45,210 nucleotides of DNA. Source: Candidatus Parcubacteria bacterium. Its GTDB lineage: Bacteria; Patescibacteriota; Minisyncoccia; Phycocordibacterales; UBA918. The position numbers and the translations under genes were made by a program. The first letter of the stretch is position 1, and every line of letters begins with the position of its first letter. A model generated the notes under the pieces. The model worked only from the letters and a program-made list of their open reading frames with translations, ran no database searches and was not told where the DNA came from. The DNA is taken from positions 1 to 45,210 of the forward strand of contig JAACPT010000004.1 in assembly GCA_009995385.1 (NCBI GenBank), written 5' to 3'. Shown piece after piece: positions 29,668-39,606 of this stretch.

Positions 29668-30170
29668 GTACCGACAATTTTATCACGAAATAGCTGCCAC
29701 GTCCGAATAAATTCTGGAGTAAATAATTCTGGATTTGCGCCAAGTGACGAGTCAATCTCACTGGGAACATACCAGGCAATTGAATCAATTTCTTCAGTAT
29801 TTATAATTAATGGGTATCCTCCAGGGAGAATGACTTTATATAGTGAACTAAAAAAATCGTGTGATCTAAAGGAAGTGGATACTGTAGTAATCGGAAGATC
29901 CCGAATATTTAGTTCTTCTATCAACTCCCGTACTGCCGCTGCTTCGTAAGTTTCACCTTCATCGACGTGTCCAGCGACAGAAAAATCGTTCAGCAATGGA
30001 AGGAAGACATTTTTACTTCGTCGTTGAATTAAGACTTCACCAGCCTGATTGAAAACGCAGACTCGGCAGCTACGTCGCAATAACCCTTTTTCTATTGCCT
30101 CAAGGAGTGGCGCTGATCCGATGATTTCATCCCGGTCATTGACGATGGCAATATTTCGATACTCAGACAT
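29664..30170 (-). CDS. NUDIX hydrolase (IDI-like subgroup)
   Basis: LIQRRS, GHVDEGETYEAAAVRELIEEL Nudix box. Confidence 0.9.
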   Translation of the reverse strand: MSEYRNIAIVNDRDEIIGSAPLLEAIEKGLLRRSCRVCVFNQAGEVLIQRRSKNVFLPLLNDFSVAGHVDEGETYEAAAVRELIEELNIRDLPITTVSTSFRSHDFFSSLYKVILPGGYPLIINTEEIDSIAWYVPSEIDSSLGANPELFTPEFIRTWQLFRDKIVGT

Positions 30171-30175
30171 ATTTG

Positions 30176-31429
30176 CTAGAGACCAAGAATTTCACGGGTT
30201 TTGATTTTGTAGAGTTCAACATTCGGTTGATCAAAGGCGTTGAGATTCATAAGTTCTGCAACATACATTGTTTCAAGCATACGCATTCCCATAAAGAGAC
30301 CGATTGAATAGGCAAGATTTTCGTCAAAAATTGTCGATCGGTATGGTAATTGACGTTCTTGATACGCCGCCATTACACCACCATAAATTGCCGTGGCGAC
30401 TTCTTGTGTCGTAAATCTACCATATTGCTTCCCTACTCCTTTCTTAGAAACCGAATAGTCAATCGTGTCATCATCAAATGTCACAAAGTCAGTGTAAACC
30501 CCTGCAAACCCACTTAAATATAACTGTCCGACCGAATGTAGTTCAACTGGCGTTGCAATAGTTGGAAGAAACCCTTTAGTTACTTTTTTTCCAGCCCGAT
30601 CTGTTTCCTTGCCAATACTTTCAGCAAACAGCTGCCGGTACCAAGCACCAAGCTTGTAGAGTCTTGGCTCAAATGCAAAAAAATTATAGTGCCTAAAATT
30701 CTTACTCATGTAGTGTCGTAGTCGGACTGCATTTTCTGCCACCACTGATTCAAATTCCTCTTTAGTGGCATCAAGAATCCCAGCAATATAGGTATCCGTA
30801 TCGTGACCAAGAAGCGCCATTGGTACTAACCCCACCTCAGTCGCAACAGAGTAGCGACCACCAACTATCTTTGGCATTGTTACTACAGTCGCGCCTAATC
30901 GTGCACCGACCTTCATTAACTCTGTGCCAGGGTCGCCAATAAACACTACTTGACGGTACAAAGCTGCCGTAAACCTACTTTCAAGGGCTGTAAAAAGTAC
31001 GTTAGCATTAACCAGCGTCTCAGCTGTATTGCCTGATTTACTGATCACGCAGACCGCTATTTTCTTTACTGATTTTACCCCCTGTAGAGCCTGTAGCAAC
31101 TGCTCGATATCATGAGCAGATACGGTGTCAAGCGAATGCAACGTTACCGCTCCCGTATCAAGTACAGAGTGAACTGCTTCGGTGCCAAGATTAGATCCTC
31201 CGATTCCGATAAGTACGAGGTGTTTAATTCCTGAAAACTGTTTTTTGAGCGCATCGATAGTATCATGTAGAGCAGGATCTTGCGCATGAACCAGTGAAAA
31301 TTCAGACTGTGTATTGTCATTCATTTTGATAACTGTCTGGACTTTTGCATGGTACGCGGAAAGTTTCTTAACACCAGCTGCTATTACTTTCTCATTAAGT
31401 GAATCTACATCGAAGTAGGAAAAGTACAT
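30176..31429 (-). CDS. pgi: Glucose-6-phosphate isomerase
   Basis: GIGGSNLG, ISKSGNTAET, VGGRYSV, QLFAESIGK, FDQPNVELYK. Confidence 0.93.
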   Translation of the reverse strand: MYFSYFDVDSLNEKVIAAGVKKLSAYHAKVQTVIKMNDNTQSEFSLVHAQDPALHDTIDALKKQFSGIKHLVLIGIGGSNLGTEAVHSVLDTGAVTLHSLDTVSAHDIEQLLQALQGVKSVKKIAVCVISKSGNTAETLVNANVLFTALESRFTAALYRQVVFIGDPGTELMKVGARLGATVVTMPKIVGGRYSVATEVGLVPMALLGHDTDTYIAGILDATKEEFESVVAENAVRLRHYMSKNFRHYNFFAFEPRLYKLGAWYRQLFAESIGKETDRAGKKVTKGFLPTIATPVELHSVGQLYLSGFAGVYTDFVTFDDDTIDYSVSKKGVGKQYGRFTTQEVATAIYGGVMAAYQERQLPYRSTIFDENLAYSIGLFMGMRMLETMYVAELMNLNAFDQPNVELYKIKTREILGL

Positions 31430-31441
31430 ACGAAATTTACG

Positions 31442-32182
31442 TTATATCTGTCTAATGCTCTTAATCTTTTTAGTTTCTTTTAAGATGTACGCGTACGCCT
31501 CATCGACACTGTCGACGACCTGGAAAATTTCAAGATCTTGAGGGCTGATGGTTTTGTGTTTTCGCAATAAATCTTCTTCAAAAAAGTGAACCAACGGGTC
31601 CCAGTACTCTTTCCCGTAAAGAAGAACTGGGAGCGGTTCAATCTTTTTTGTCTGAATAAGCGTAACAATCTCAAAGAATTCATCCAACGTACCAAACCCA
31701 CCAGGAAAGTAGACATACGCTTCTGAAGCAAACGTGAGCATCACCTTGCGTGAAAAAAAGAAATCAAAATTAAGCGATTGGGTCGTGTAGGGATTAAGTT
31801 TTTGTTCAAACGGTAACTGAATATTTAGACCAACTGATTTACCTCCGACTTTGAACGCACCGACATTAGAAGCTTCCATAATACCAGGACCACCACCAGA
31901 GATAATAGAAAAACCTTTTTTTGCTAATCGTGCAGCCAATTCTTCAGCATCTTTGTAGTACGGATCATCAGGAGTTATCCGTGCACTTCCCCAAAAGGTA
32001 GCGGCTAGTCCATGTTCTCGCAATAGTTCAAATCCTTGCACAAACTCCGCCATAATGCGAAAGACGCGCCATGACTGTACCGCATCACCATCAATTGCTC
32101 CCGGATCAAGTAACTCACTGACAACCCGGCTGGTCTTTTCTTTCTTTGCAGATTCATTCTGTTTTTTATTTTTACCAAACAT
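31442..32182 (-). CDS. LOG family nucleotide phosphoribohydrolase
   Basis: GGGPGIMEA, FFSRK, PGGFGTLDE. Confidence 0.92.
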   Translation of the reverse strand: MFGKNKKQNESAKKEKTSRVVSELLDPGAIDGDAVQSWRVFRIMAEFVQGFELLREHGLAATFWGSARITPDDPYYKDAEELAARLAKKGFSIISGGGPGIMEASNVGAFKVGGKSVGLNIQLPFEQKLNPYTTQSLNFDFFFSRKVMLTFASEAYVYFPGGFGTLDEFFEIVTLIQTKKIEPLPVLLYGKEYWDPLVHFFEEDLLRKHKTISPQDLEIFQVVDSVDEAYAYILKETKKIKSIRQI

Positions 32183-32236
32183 AGTCACATTGTATCATCT
32201 GCCTGGCGGAGAGATTTTGGTAGTACACAAAGTGTC

Positions 32237-32833
32237 TCAGCCTAACCACGGTATATCGAACTGCTCAAATTCTGGAAGTAATTTCCTATCATACAGTAAT
32301 CGAGAAATCACTTCAGCATGAGATTTTGCTCCAGTCAGCGCATTGTGGGGTTCTGGTTCATCGGGGATTCCACAGTAATTTAATACGGCATCAAGATTAA
32401 GTGCACTCCGGTGGTGCACGACATCAACCGGAGGTACCAAACCAGCCTTGACCATATGCATCCAGCACAGTGAGTGAGTGTCAATACTTCGATAAGCAAA
32501 ATTCCATTCAAAATTAGCTCGGTACGTTGCCGCTTTTAACATATCGCGGTCAGCTGATACATTCTGCCCTGCTAAAGTACGGTCTGTGATTGACTCACTC
32601 CAACCGATAAAATTTCGAATTAATTCTGCCTCAGTCATTTTATTCACATCAGTCACTTCCGCTTCAGTAAAACCATTCACCGCCAAAGCCTCTGGGTCTA
32701 TGTGTGCACCATCAAAGACGCGGCACTCAGCATAAAACTGGTTGGTTGGATTCTCTAAATCGAGTGCCCCCAGCGACACAATAGAATGTGTTTCATACTG
32801 TAAACCAGAAAATTCTCCATCAACAACTAACAT
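32237..32833 (-). CDS. DEDDh 3'-5' exonuclease
   Basis: VVDGEFSGL, AGQNVSAD, IDT, HNAL. Confidence 0.85.
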   Translation of the reverse strand: MLVVDGEFSGLQYETHSIVSLGALDLENPTNQFYAECRVFDGAHIDPEALAVNGFTEAEVTDVNKMTEAELIRNFIGWSESITDRTLAGQNVSADRDMLKAATYRANFEWNFAYRSIDTHSLCWMHMVKAGLVPPVDVVHHRSALNLDAVLNYCGIPDEPEPHNALTGAKSHAEVISRLLYDRKLLPEFEQFDIPWLG

Positions 32834-32881
32834 AGTAATTTTTTATATTGCGAATATTATTTACATAATATTAACACAAAC

Positions 32882-33268
32882 TCACTGTAGATCTGGACAA
32901 TTGCTAGCTGGTAAGTACCCAGCTGCTTTTGCTGCCTCAATTGAGGTAAAATATATTTTATTTTCCTCTTTTATTTGTACTGCGCCAGGACAGCTTAGTA
33001 AATGATATTTAGTGCCAGATCGAGAGGCAACAATACTAGTAACCGTCTCAGGACTAGTGGACGGAACCACGGCTGTTTGCAGTGGCACTTGTGTGAGAAT
33101 TACTCCCGACCCAAGCTCAAGCTGATTGGCGGTGTCGTTTGGCAAGATAGGTACTGGAGTTGTTGCTGACTGTCTTCCTAGACCAAAAGAGACAACTGCT
33201 ACTAAAACCAGTAAAATAGCCATAAAAATGGTATCGTCTGCTAATAGAGACTTGAATTTTTCGAACAT
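32882..33268 (-). CDS. Membrane-anchored protein with a C-terminal Ada-like metal-binding domain
   Basis: N-terminal TM; ASRSGTKYHLLSC...F.SIEAAKAAGY.PASNC. Confidence 0.8.
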   Translation of the reverse strand: MFEKFKSLLADDTIFMAILLVLVAVVSFGLGRQSATTPVPILPNDTANQLELGSGVILTQVPLQTAVVPSTSPETVTSIVASRSGTKYHLLSCPGAVQIKEENKIYFTSIEAAKAAGYLPASNCPDLQ

Positions 33269-33316
33269 ATATCGTATACTCTGCCAGTTAAATTGTAACC
33301 ATTATACAGTAATCGT

Positions 33317-33598
33317 ATGTCAACCAAAAAAGCGGCAGGTACCGCAAAAAACCTGAAAGACTCACAGCCAAAATATCTCGGCGTGAAGCGAACTGACGGC
33401 CAAGCGGTAAAGGTTGGTGAAATTATCATCCGCCAGCGAGGCACCAAAATTGAAGCTGGTAAGGGTGTAAAAGTTGGTAAAGACCATACGCTTTTTGCAG
33501 TGACTGAAGGAGTTGTTTCATTCCGTAATGTTCGCAAGACTTGCTTCAACGGAAAGACAATCACCAAGAAAGCAGTAGATGTGCTTCAAGTAGCATAA
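33317..33598 (+). CDS. rpmA: 50S ribosomal protein L27
   Basis: [32 protein letters not shown]. Confidence 0.98.
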   Translation: MSTKKAAGTAKNLKDSQPKYLGVKRTDGQAVKVGEIIIRQRGTKIEAGKGVKVGKDHTLFAVTEGVVSFRNVRKTCFNGKTITKKAVDVLQVA

Positions 33599-33607
33599 TT
33601 CTCAAAC

Positions 33608-33638
33608 AAAAACCGGTCGCTTGCGCGACCGGTTTTTT
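33608..33638. terminator. Bidirectional terminator between rpmA and the cyclophilin gene
   Basis: AAAAACCGGTCGC-ttgc-GCGACCGGTTTTTT. Confidence 0.85.
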
Positions 33639-33646
33639 ATTGTCTT

Positions 33647-34357
33647 TTATTTTGTTCGTATCTCGACTGAATTGACCACTACATCACTCAGTGGGAGACT
33701 AACTTGATTTGTGTCGACTTTAGCAATCGCATCTACCACTTCCATTCCAGAAATTACTCTTCCAAATACTGGATGCTTTGAAGTAAGCGGTGCTTTATCA
33801 AAGTCAAGATTTTTATTATCAACTAGATTGATGAAAAACTGACTCCCCCCAGAATTAGGACCACTATTTGCCATCGAAATGGTACCCCGTACATTAGTAA
33901 GGAGATCATTCTTAATATGCTCGTCAGGGATTGAGTATTCTGGTCCACCAGTGCCATACCGTAACACCTCAGAAGTCTTGGTAATTGGATCACCTCCTTG
34001 GATCATAAATCCATCAATAACGCGGTGAAATTTTGTTCCGTCATAAAATCTTTCCTGCGCAAGCTTTTTAAAGTTACCCGCGGTGATCGGCATTAAGTCT
34101 TCAAAGAGTTCAATTTCAATTGTCCCCATGTTTGTATTCAGTACTGCGATTGGATTCATATCATTAGTTATTTTTACATCGTACGCCTTCAGCGCTTCAG
34201 GGGTGAGTGGCGCTGGAAGCGTACCATCATCAGAAAGCGTCAGTTCAGCTTTTTCTGTTAACCCACCATTCATCAACCAGACTACTGCCCCAATCAAAGC
34301 TGCACAGACAGCAAATAAAATCAGCAGTGGTTTTAACTTTTGTGTTAGCTCGTTCAT
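33647..34357 (-). CDS. Cyclophilin-type peptidyl-prolyl isomerase, membrane-anchored
   Basis: FHRVIDGFMIQGGDP, SMANSGPNSGGSQFFI, HPVFG. Confidence 0.96.
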   Translation of the reverse strand: MNELTQKLKPLLILFAVCAALIGAVVWLMNGGLTEKAELTLSDDGTLPAPLTPEALKAYDVKITNDMNPIAVLNTNMGTIEIELFEDLMPITAGNFKKLAQERFYDGTKFHRVIDGFMIQGGDPITKTSEVLRYGTGGPEYSIPDEHIKNDLLTNVRGTISMANSGPNSGGSQFFINLVDNKNLDFDKAPLTSKHPVFGRVISGMEVVDAIAKVDTNQVSLPLSDVVVNSVEIRTK

Positions 34358-34366
34358 AAAATTATG

Positions 34367-34807
34367 TTACTTCTTTACAACAGTCACCGTGAATAAATGA
34401 TTCTTCTTTCCACCAGTTAACTGCACCTCGTGCTCACCGACTGCTTTTATCGGTGTAAGTATCTGTAGTATGTTTTGGTCGATTATCACTCCTGCAGTAG
34501 AAGCTGCAGCGACAATATCAGCTTCACGAATTGCTTTAAATAAATGTCCCTGCTCATTCGCTTCTACAGATATAATAATTCCTTTCTCATCAAGTGCTTT
34601 TACCGCTGCCTCAAAGAGTGATTCGCTCGCTTCTTTTGAAGCTACAATTGACGCTTGCCGTCGCTCGATTCGTTTCAAATTAATTGGAGTGGCTGGTTCA
34701 GCCAATTTTTTTGGAATGAGCTGATTAAGGGCATAGCCATCTGGAACCTCTGTAACACTGAATCGTCTCCCGATTTTAGCCACATCTTGCAAAAGAATTA
34801 CTTTCAT
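34367..34807 (-). CDS. rplI: 50S ribosomal protein L9
   Basis: MKVILLQDV..IG, V.DGYALN.LIP, IKAVGEH. Confidence 0.96.
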   Translation of the reverse strand: MKVILLQDVAKIGRRFSVTEVPDGYALNQLIPKKLAEPATPINLKRIERRQASIVASKEASESLFEAAVKALDEKGIIISVEANEQGHLFKAIREADIVAAASTAGVIIDQNILQILTPIKAVGEHEVQLTGGKKNHLFTVTVVKK

Positions 34808-34897
34808 ACCTTTAGATTAAATCCCATAAACTGCATGTCCACTCATGTAAGACGCCATAATCATAACAAAAACAGTCTCACTTCTCCACCCCAGCCT

Positions 34898-36232
34898 TTA
34901 TTCTGCTGTCTCAGTGATGACGACCTCACTTTTAACTACTTCACCGTTTAAAAAACGTATTGCTGCGTCTTTTTGTGGGTCGAGATCAGCTTGTCGATCA
35001 GTTATCGTGCGACCGATGATAACATCTGGTGTTAGACCACCATCTGAAATTGAAGTGCCGTTAGGCGTCAGCCAGCGAGCAACAGTCACTTTAAGTGACC
35101 CTCCGTCATCGAGTTTTACTAGCTCTTGCACCGAACCCTTACCAAAGGTTTGACTTCCAATGACAGTAGCGACCCCATGGTCTTTTAGTGCCCCAGCTAA
35201 TATCTCCGATGCTGATGCTGAGCCATTATCGACTAAAATAACGAGATTTTTGGGATTAAATTCACGCATAAGTTGACCACGACTACGAAATAGCAAATTT
35301 TGAGTAGCGTCATTGAACTCTTCTTTAACTACCACCTTACCAGCTGGTAAAAAGTACCCAGCAATTGCTACTGCACTTTGTAGATATCCACCCGGATTTC
35401 CTCTAACATCAATAATGAGAGTCGAGGCGCCACTTTTTAGGTATTCGTCAAGCGCAGTTTTTACTTGTACTTCAGCCACCGCATTGAAGCTGTAAATAGC
35501 GATAAGAAATGTGTCACCAGTGATTTCTTGTTTGACCGTCGGAATTTCAATCGTGTCTCTGGTAATCGGAATAGTCAAAAATTCAGCTTCACCGGCGCGA
35601 TATATCTGGAGAGTGACAACTGTTCCTTTTTCGCCACGTATCAGACTCACTGCCTCATCAATACTCATACTTTCGGTGGTACGTTCATCGATTTTGACGA
35701 CCACGTCTCCGGCGATTACTCCCGCTCGTTCTGCTGGTGTTTCGGGAAGTGGAGCAATAACGGTGATAAGGTTGTCGCGCAACCCTACTTCCATTCCAAC
35801 ACCACTGAAATTACCAGCAATGTTTTGATCGAATTTCAAAGCGTCTTCTGGAGGCATATAAATAGTGTATGGATCGCCGTATGACTTTACCAAACCAGCT
35901 ATTGCTCCACGGACACGATCTTCATCAGTGAGCGCACTCGTTGTGCTCGCAATCGCAAATTTCTCTTCCAGTAATCCCCACACCCGCCAAAACTCAGTCA
36001 AATCTGCTTGGCGTACATCGCCAGCATCAGCTTGGGAAGGATTAAAAATAGAAAAAATACTTGCAGTCTGGACAGTGATATCAGGCTTGGTAAAAAAACC
36101 TTGACCTATCTCCAATCCTGATACAAATGATCCGAACGCAAAGACAAACGCTAGAAAAAATCCTAGCCAGCGACGCGAACTTTTTTGGCGATGGTTTTTT
36201 GGTGATTGTAGTGAAGATGAAAGTTGTGACAT
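34898..36232 (-). CDS. S41 C-terminal processing protease with a PDZ domain
   Basis: DPYT, GVGME, IDVRGNPGG, SASASE, FGKGSVQ. Confidence 0.95.
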   Translation of the reverse strand: MSQLSSSLQSPKNHRQKSSRRWLGFFLAFVFAFGSFVSGLEIGQGFFTKPDITVQTASIFSIFNPSQADAGDVRQADLTEFWRVWGLLEEKFAIASTTSALTDEDRVRGAIAGLVKSYGDPYTIYMPPEDALKFDQNIAGNFSGVGMEVGLRDNLITVIAPLPETPAERAGVIAGDVVVKIDERTTESMSIDEAVSLIRGEKGTVVTLQIYRAGEAEFLTIPITRDTIEIPTVKQEITGDTFLIAIYSFNAVAEVQVKTALDEYLKSGASTLIIDVRGNPGGYLQSAVAIAGYFLPAGKVVVKEEFNDATQNLLFRSRGQLMREFNPKNLVILVDNGSASASEILAGALKDHGVATVIGSQTFGKGSVQELVKLDDGGSLKVTVARWLTPNGTSISDGGLTPDVIIGRTITDRQADLDPQKDAAIRFLNGEVVKSEVVITETAE

Positions 36233-36309
36233 TGGCACTATTATCTCATAAAGTGACCAGACACCAAAATTGCTGTTGGTGAGAGCACTTTTTTGGTACA
36301 CTACATCTA

Positions 36310-37761
36310 ATGTTTACTCGATTATTTAGTCGCAAAACGCCTGTCCATATGCGAGACATCAAATTTCATAATACTGAATCTGGGAAAGTAGAATTGTTTA
36401 CACCACTCGATGAGAAGTCAGTGAAAATGTACAGCTGTGGCCCGACTGTGTATGATTATGTCCATATTGGAAACCTCCGTTCATTTCTGACTGCAGATAT
36501 TATCAAGAGAGTTTTACTTCGGAATGGCTACTTAGTTGCACATACGATAAATTTTACTGACTTTGGACATCTCTCAGACGATGCTGATGCTGGTGAAGAC
36601 AAAATGATGAAAGGACTGAAGCGTGAAGAACTACCTTTTACACTTGACGCTATGCGACAACTTTCAGACCGATACATAAAAGCCTTTAAAACTGATTTCG
36701 AAGAACTACGAATTATCCCCCCCACTACTTGGGCAAGAGCGAGCGATTACATCAAAAAACAGATTGCGCTTATTAAAGCGCTCGATGAAAAAGGCTTTAC
36801 CTACGAAACCAGCGATGGACTTTACTTTGATATAACAAAGTTCCCTACCTATGGCCGGCTTGGAAAAATTGACATACACAAACTTAAAAGTGGCGCACGG
36901 GTAGAAATTAATACCGAGAAAAGACATCCCGCTGATTTTGCAGTCTGGAAAAAAAGTAGTCTTGGCTGGGATAGCCGTTGGGGAAAAGGATTTCCTGGTT
37001 GGCATATTGAATGTTCAACCATGGCAATGGACACCCTCGGGAAACAAATCGACATTCACACCGGTGGAGAAGATTTAAGCGCGACACATCACAATGCCGA
37101 GATAGCCCAAAGCGAAGCAGTCACTGGCAAGCAATTTGTTAAGTATTGGATACACAACGCGTTTATCACTATTGATAACACCAAAATTTCAAAATCACTA
37201 GGAAATACCATTACCGTTCGACATCTTCGTGATAAGGGTTTTTCTGGAGATGATTACCGTTACTGGCTACTTACCGCACACTACCGCACTCCCGCCAATT
37301 TCTCTTGGGAGGCACTCACCGCTGCCAAGCAAGCGTTATATCGTCTTAAACGCTATGTGTATGAAGATTTTAAACAAAAAACCGCCACTCCAGACCAGAC
37401 TTATCTTGATCGATTCGATGACTGTTTAGTGAATGATCTTGATACTCCAGGAGCAATTGCGGTGCTTTGGGATATGATCAACGATCAAAAACTCGATGAT
37501 AAAGTAAAATGCGGTACCCTCATGTCAATGGATGAAGTACTCGATATCGGACTTTCTGACGACCCTTACGAAGGGATGCGTTCACTCGGCGTCATTGCCG
37601 TCTCTGATCTTTCAGACGAGGTACAACAGCTCATCGACGAGCGAGAAGCCGCCCGTATAGCTCGAAATTGGGACCGTGCTGACATCTTACGCGACACTAT
37701 CAAACTAAGAGGGTACCTCATTGAGGATACCGCTCTCGGACCAAAAGTGATCAAAGAGTGA
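36310..37761 (+). CDS. cysS: Cysteine--tRNA ligase
   Basis: CGPTVY, HIGN, PGWHIECS, KISKSLGN, ADILRD. Confidence 0.97.
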   Translation: MFTRLFSRKTPVHMRDIKFHNTESGKVELFTPLDEKSVKMYSCGPTVYDYVHIGNLRSFLTADIIKRVLLRNGYLVAHTINFTDFGHLSDDADAGEDKMMKGLKREELPFTLDAMRQLSDRYIKAFKTDFEELRIIPPTTWARASDYIKKQIALIKALDEKGFTYETSDGLYFDITKFPTYGRLGKIDIHKLKSGARVEINTEKRHPADFAVWKKSSLGWDSRWGKGFPGWHIECSTMAMDTLGKQIDIHTGGEDLSATHHNAEIAQSEAVTGKQFVKYWIHNAFITIDNTKISKSLGNTITVRHLRDKGFSGDDYRYWLLTAHYRTPANFSWEALTAAKQALYRLKRYVYEDFKQKTATPDQTYLDRFDDCLVNDLDTPGAIAVLWDMINDQKLDDKVKCGTLMSMDEVLDIGLSDDPYEGMRSLGVIAVSDLSDEVQQLIDEREAARIARNWDRADILRDTIKLRGYLIEDTALGPKVIKE

Positions 37762-37763
37762 TC

Positions 37764-37795
37764 AAAGCGTCGTCCAAAAAAGGACGACGCTTTTT
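37764..37795 (+). terminator. Rho-independent terminator
   Basis: AAAGCGTCGTCC-aaaaaa-GGACGACGCTTTTT. Confidence 0.85.
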
Positions 37796-38138
37796 ATCTA
37801 TTAAGCATAGTAAGACTAGCTAGTGCTGCGGCATGAAGGATAACCGTAACACCTCCAATCCACCACTAATATTTTGAGTCCTTTTTAGTAGACACTCTCA
37901 GAATTGCAGTCAAAATAAATAGAATCCCAGTTGCGACTACTAAAAATGTATATAGAAGCCAAAGATTTGGCCAGATAAACGATGAAATATCGATATTCTG
38001 AGGAAGTCGTTCACGGAGTTCTGCGACGTGCACAGATTCCCATTTTCCTGCCTAGATGATGAGAATATGCCCGATGATGACAACTCCTACATACAGTAGC
38101 CGATTTTTCGTTTTGGAGAACCAATCGTACATATGCAT
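37794..38138 (-). pseudogene. Probable 3-TM membrane protein pseudogene with two in-frame TAG codons
   Basis: Manual translation gives ATG at 38138 to TAA at 37794, 115 codons, with TAG at 38054-38052 and 37868-37866 and three hydrophobic segments. Confidence 0.55.
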
Positions 38139-38222
38139 ATATCCTACATCAGAACTATCCCCTCCCTCCACAACCCTGTGTAAAAGCAGTCAAACAAGAA
38201 TTCATGTTAGAATGCAACAACT

Positions 38223-39605
38223 ATGGCTTCTGAGCACAATCGAACACTACGCACACCCCCGTGTAACATAGACGCTGAGAAGGCGCTTCTTGGTGCGATT
38301 ATCCTCAAACCTGATGTCATGCATGATATTTCGGTAACAGTCTACCCTGAGAGTTTTTATGCCGATAAGCACAGCAACATTTACCGAGCGATTTCTTCTA
38401 TTTTCTCAGGCGGAGATCCCATCGATACTGTCTCTGTCGTCACGAAGCTCAAAGACATGAACCAACTCGAACGAGTTGGTGGAGCTTCTTACGTCACTGA
38501 ACTCATCGAAACTGTTCCTGCTGCCGGTAACGCCATGTACTATGCGACGCAGGTCCAAAACAAATCGACACTTCGTAACCTGATTCACGCGGCTGATGAT
38601 ATCGCGGAAATCGGTTACTCTGACCCGGAAAGTGTCGACGAAGCACTAGATCAAGCAGAAAAGAAAATTTTTCAAGCAACACAGGCTCCCTCCGCACAGA
38701 AATTCCGTCCAATCGGTAGTGCCCTCCAGGAAGCCTGGGAGCGCTTTGAACACTTAAGTGAGAACCCACAAGACAAGCGTGGGGTTCCGTCTGGTTTTGC
38801 GGCACTCGATAATATTCTTGCTGGCTTTCAAAAATCAGACCTTGTTATCTTGGCGGCTCGCCCTTCGATGGGTAAAACTACGTTTGCCCTAGACATCGCC
38901 CGTAATGCAGCCCTCCTCCATGGTGCTTCGGTTGGTATCTTCTCACTCGAAATGAGCGACCAGCAACTAGTCGATCGTATGCTCGCAGCAGAAGCTGGTG
39001 TTGATTCATGGAAACTTCGCACTGGCAGACTTTCAAATGACAACGAATACGAAGCACTACAAGCAGCGATGACTAAACTCCACAAGGCTCCGATTCACAT
39101 TATCGATGAGGCTGCTATGAACATTGTGAAGATGCGTTCAGCCGCCCGTCGGCTAAAAAATGAGCATGGACTTGACATGCTCATTGTCGATTACCTTCAG
39201 CTTATGTCCCCTACTCTCACCAAAGGCAGTGATAGTATGGTGCAACAAATTACCGAAATCTCCCGCTCACTCAAAATTCTTGCTAAAGAATTGGAAATTC
39301 CAGTTATTGCTCTTTCCCAGCTCTCACGTGCGGTAGAACAGCGGGGCGGTAAGCCTCGTCTCTCTGACCTCCGCGATTCTGGTTCGATTGAACAAGACGC
39401 TGACGTCGTGATGTTCATCCACCGCGAAGACAAGGTGAATAAAGAAAAGGAATCAGAGAGACCAAATATCGCCGAAATAATGGTTGAAAAACACCGTAAC
39501 GGTCCGGTCGGATCGGCTGAGCTTTACTTCGATGGTCAGCACGTTAGATTCCTCAATCTCGATACTCATCACGCTACGGCACCAGGAGCAGGTAATGATT
39601 TTTGA
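38223..39605 (+). CDS. dnaB: Replicative DNA helicase
   Basis: AARPSMGKT, FSLEM, VDYLQL, LSQLSR, DLRDSGSIEQDAD, KHRNGP; no intein. Confidence 0.99.
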   Translation: MASEHNRTLRTPPCNIDAEKALLGAIILKPDVMHDISVTVYPESFYADKHSNIYRAISSIFSGGDPIDTVSVVTKLKDMNQLERVGGASYVTELIETVPAAGNAMYYATQVQNKSTLRNLIHAADDIAEIGYSDPESVDEALDQAEKKIFQATQAPSAQKFRPIGSALQEAWERFEHLSENPQDKRGVPSGFAALDNILAGFQKSDLVILAARPSMGKTTFALDIARNAALLHGASVGIFSLEMSDQQLVDRMLAAEAGVDSWKLRTGRLSNDNEYEALQAAMTKLHKAPIHIIDEAAMNIVKMRSAARRLKNEHGLDMLIVDYLQLMSPTLTKGSDSMVQQITEISRSLKILAKELEIPVIALSQLSRAVEQRGGKPRLSDLRDSGSIEQDADVVMFIHREDKVNKEKESERPNIAEIMVEKHRNGPVGSAELYFDGQHVRFLNLDTHHATAPGAGNDF

Positions 39606-39606
39606 C

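Noticed and set aside
39484-39606. Extended recR N-terminus, and similar upstream starts for dnaJ, yigZ, ftsW, gltX and S41
   Set aside because: These overlap neighbouring genes or promoters; downstream ATGs match the family N-termini
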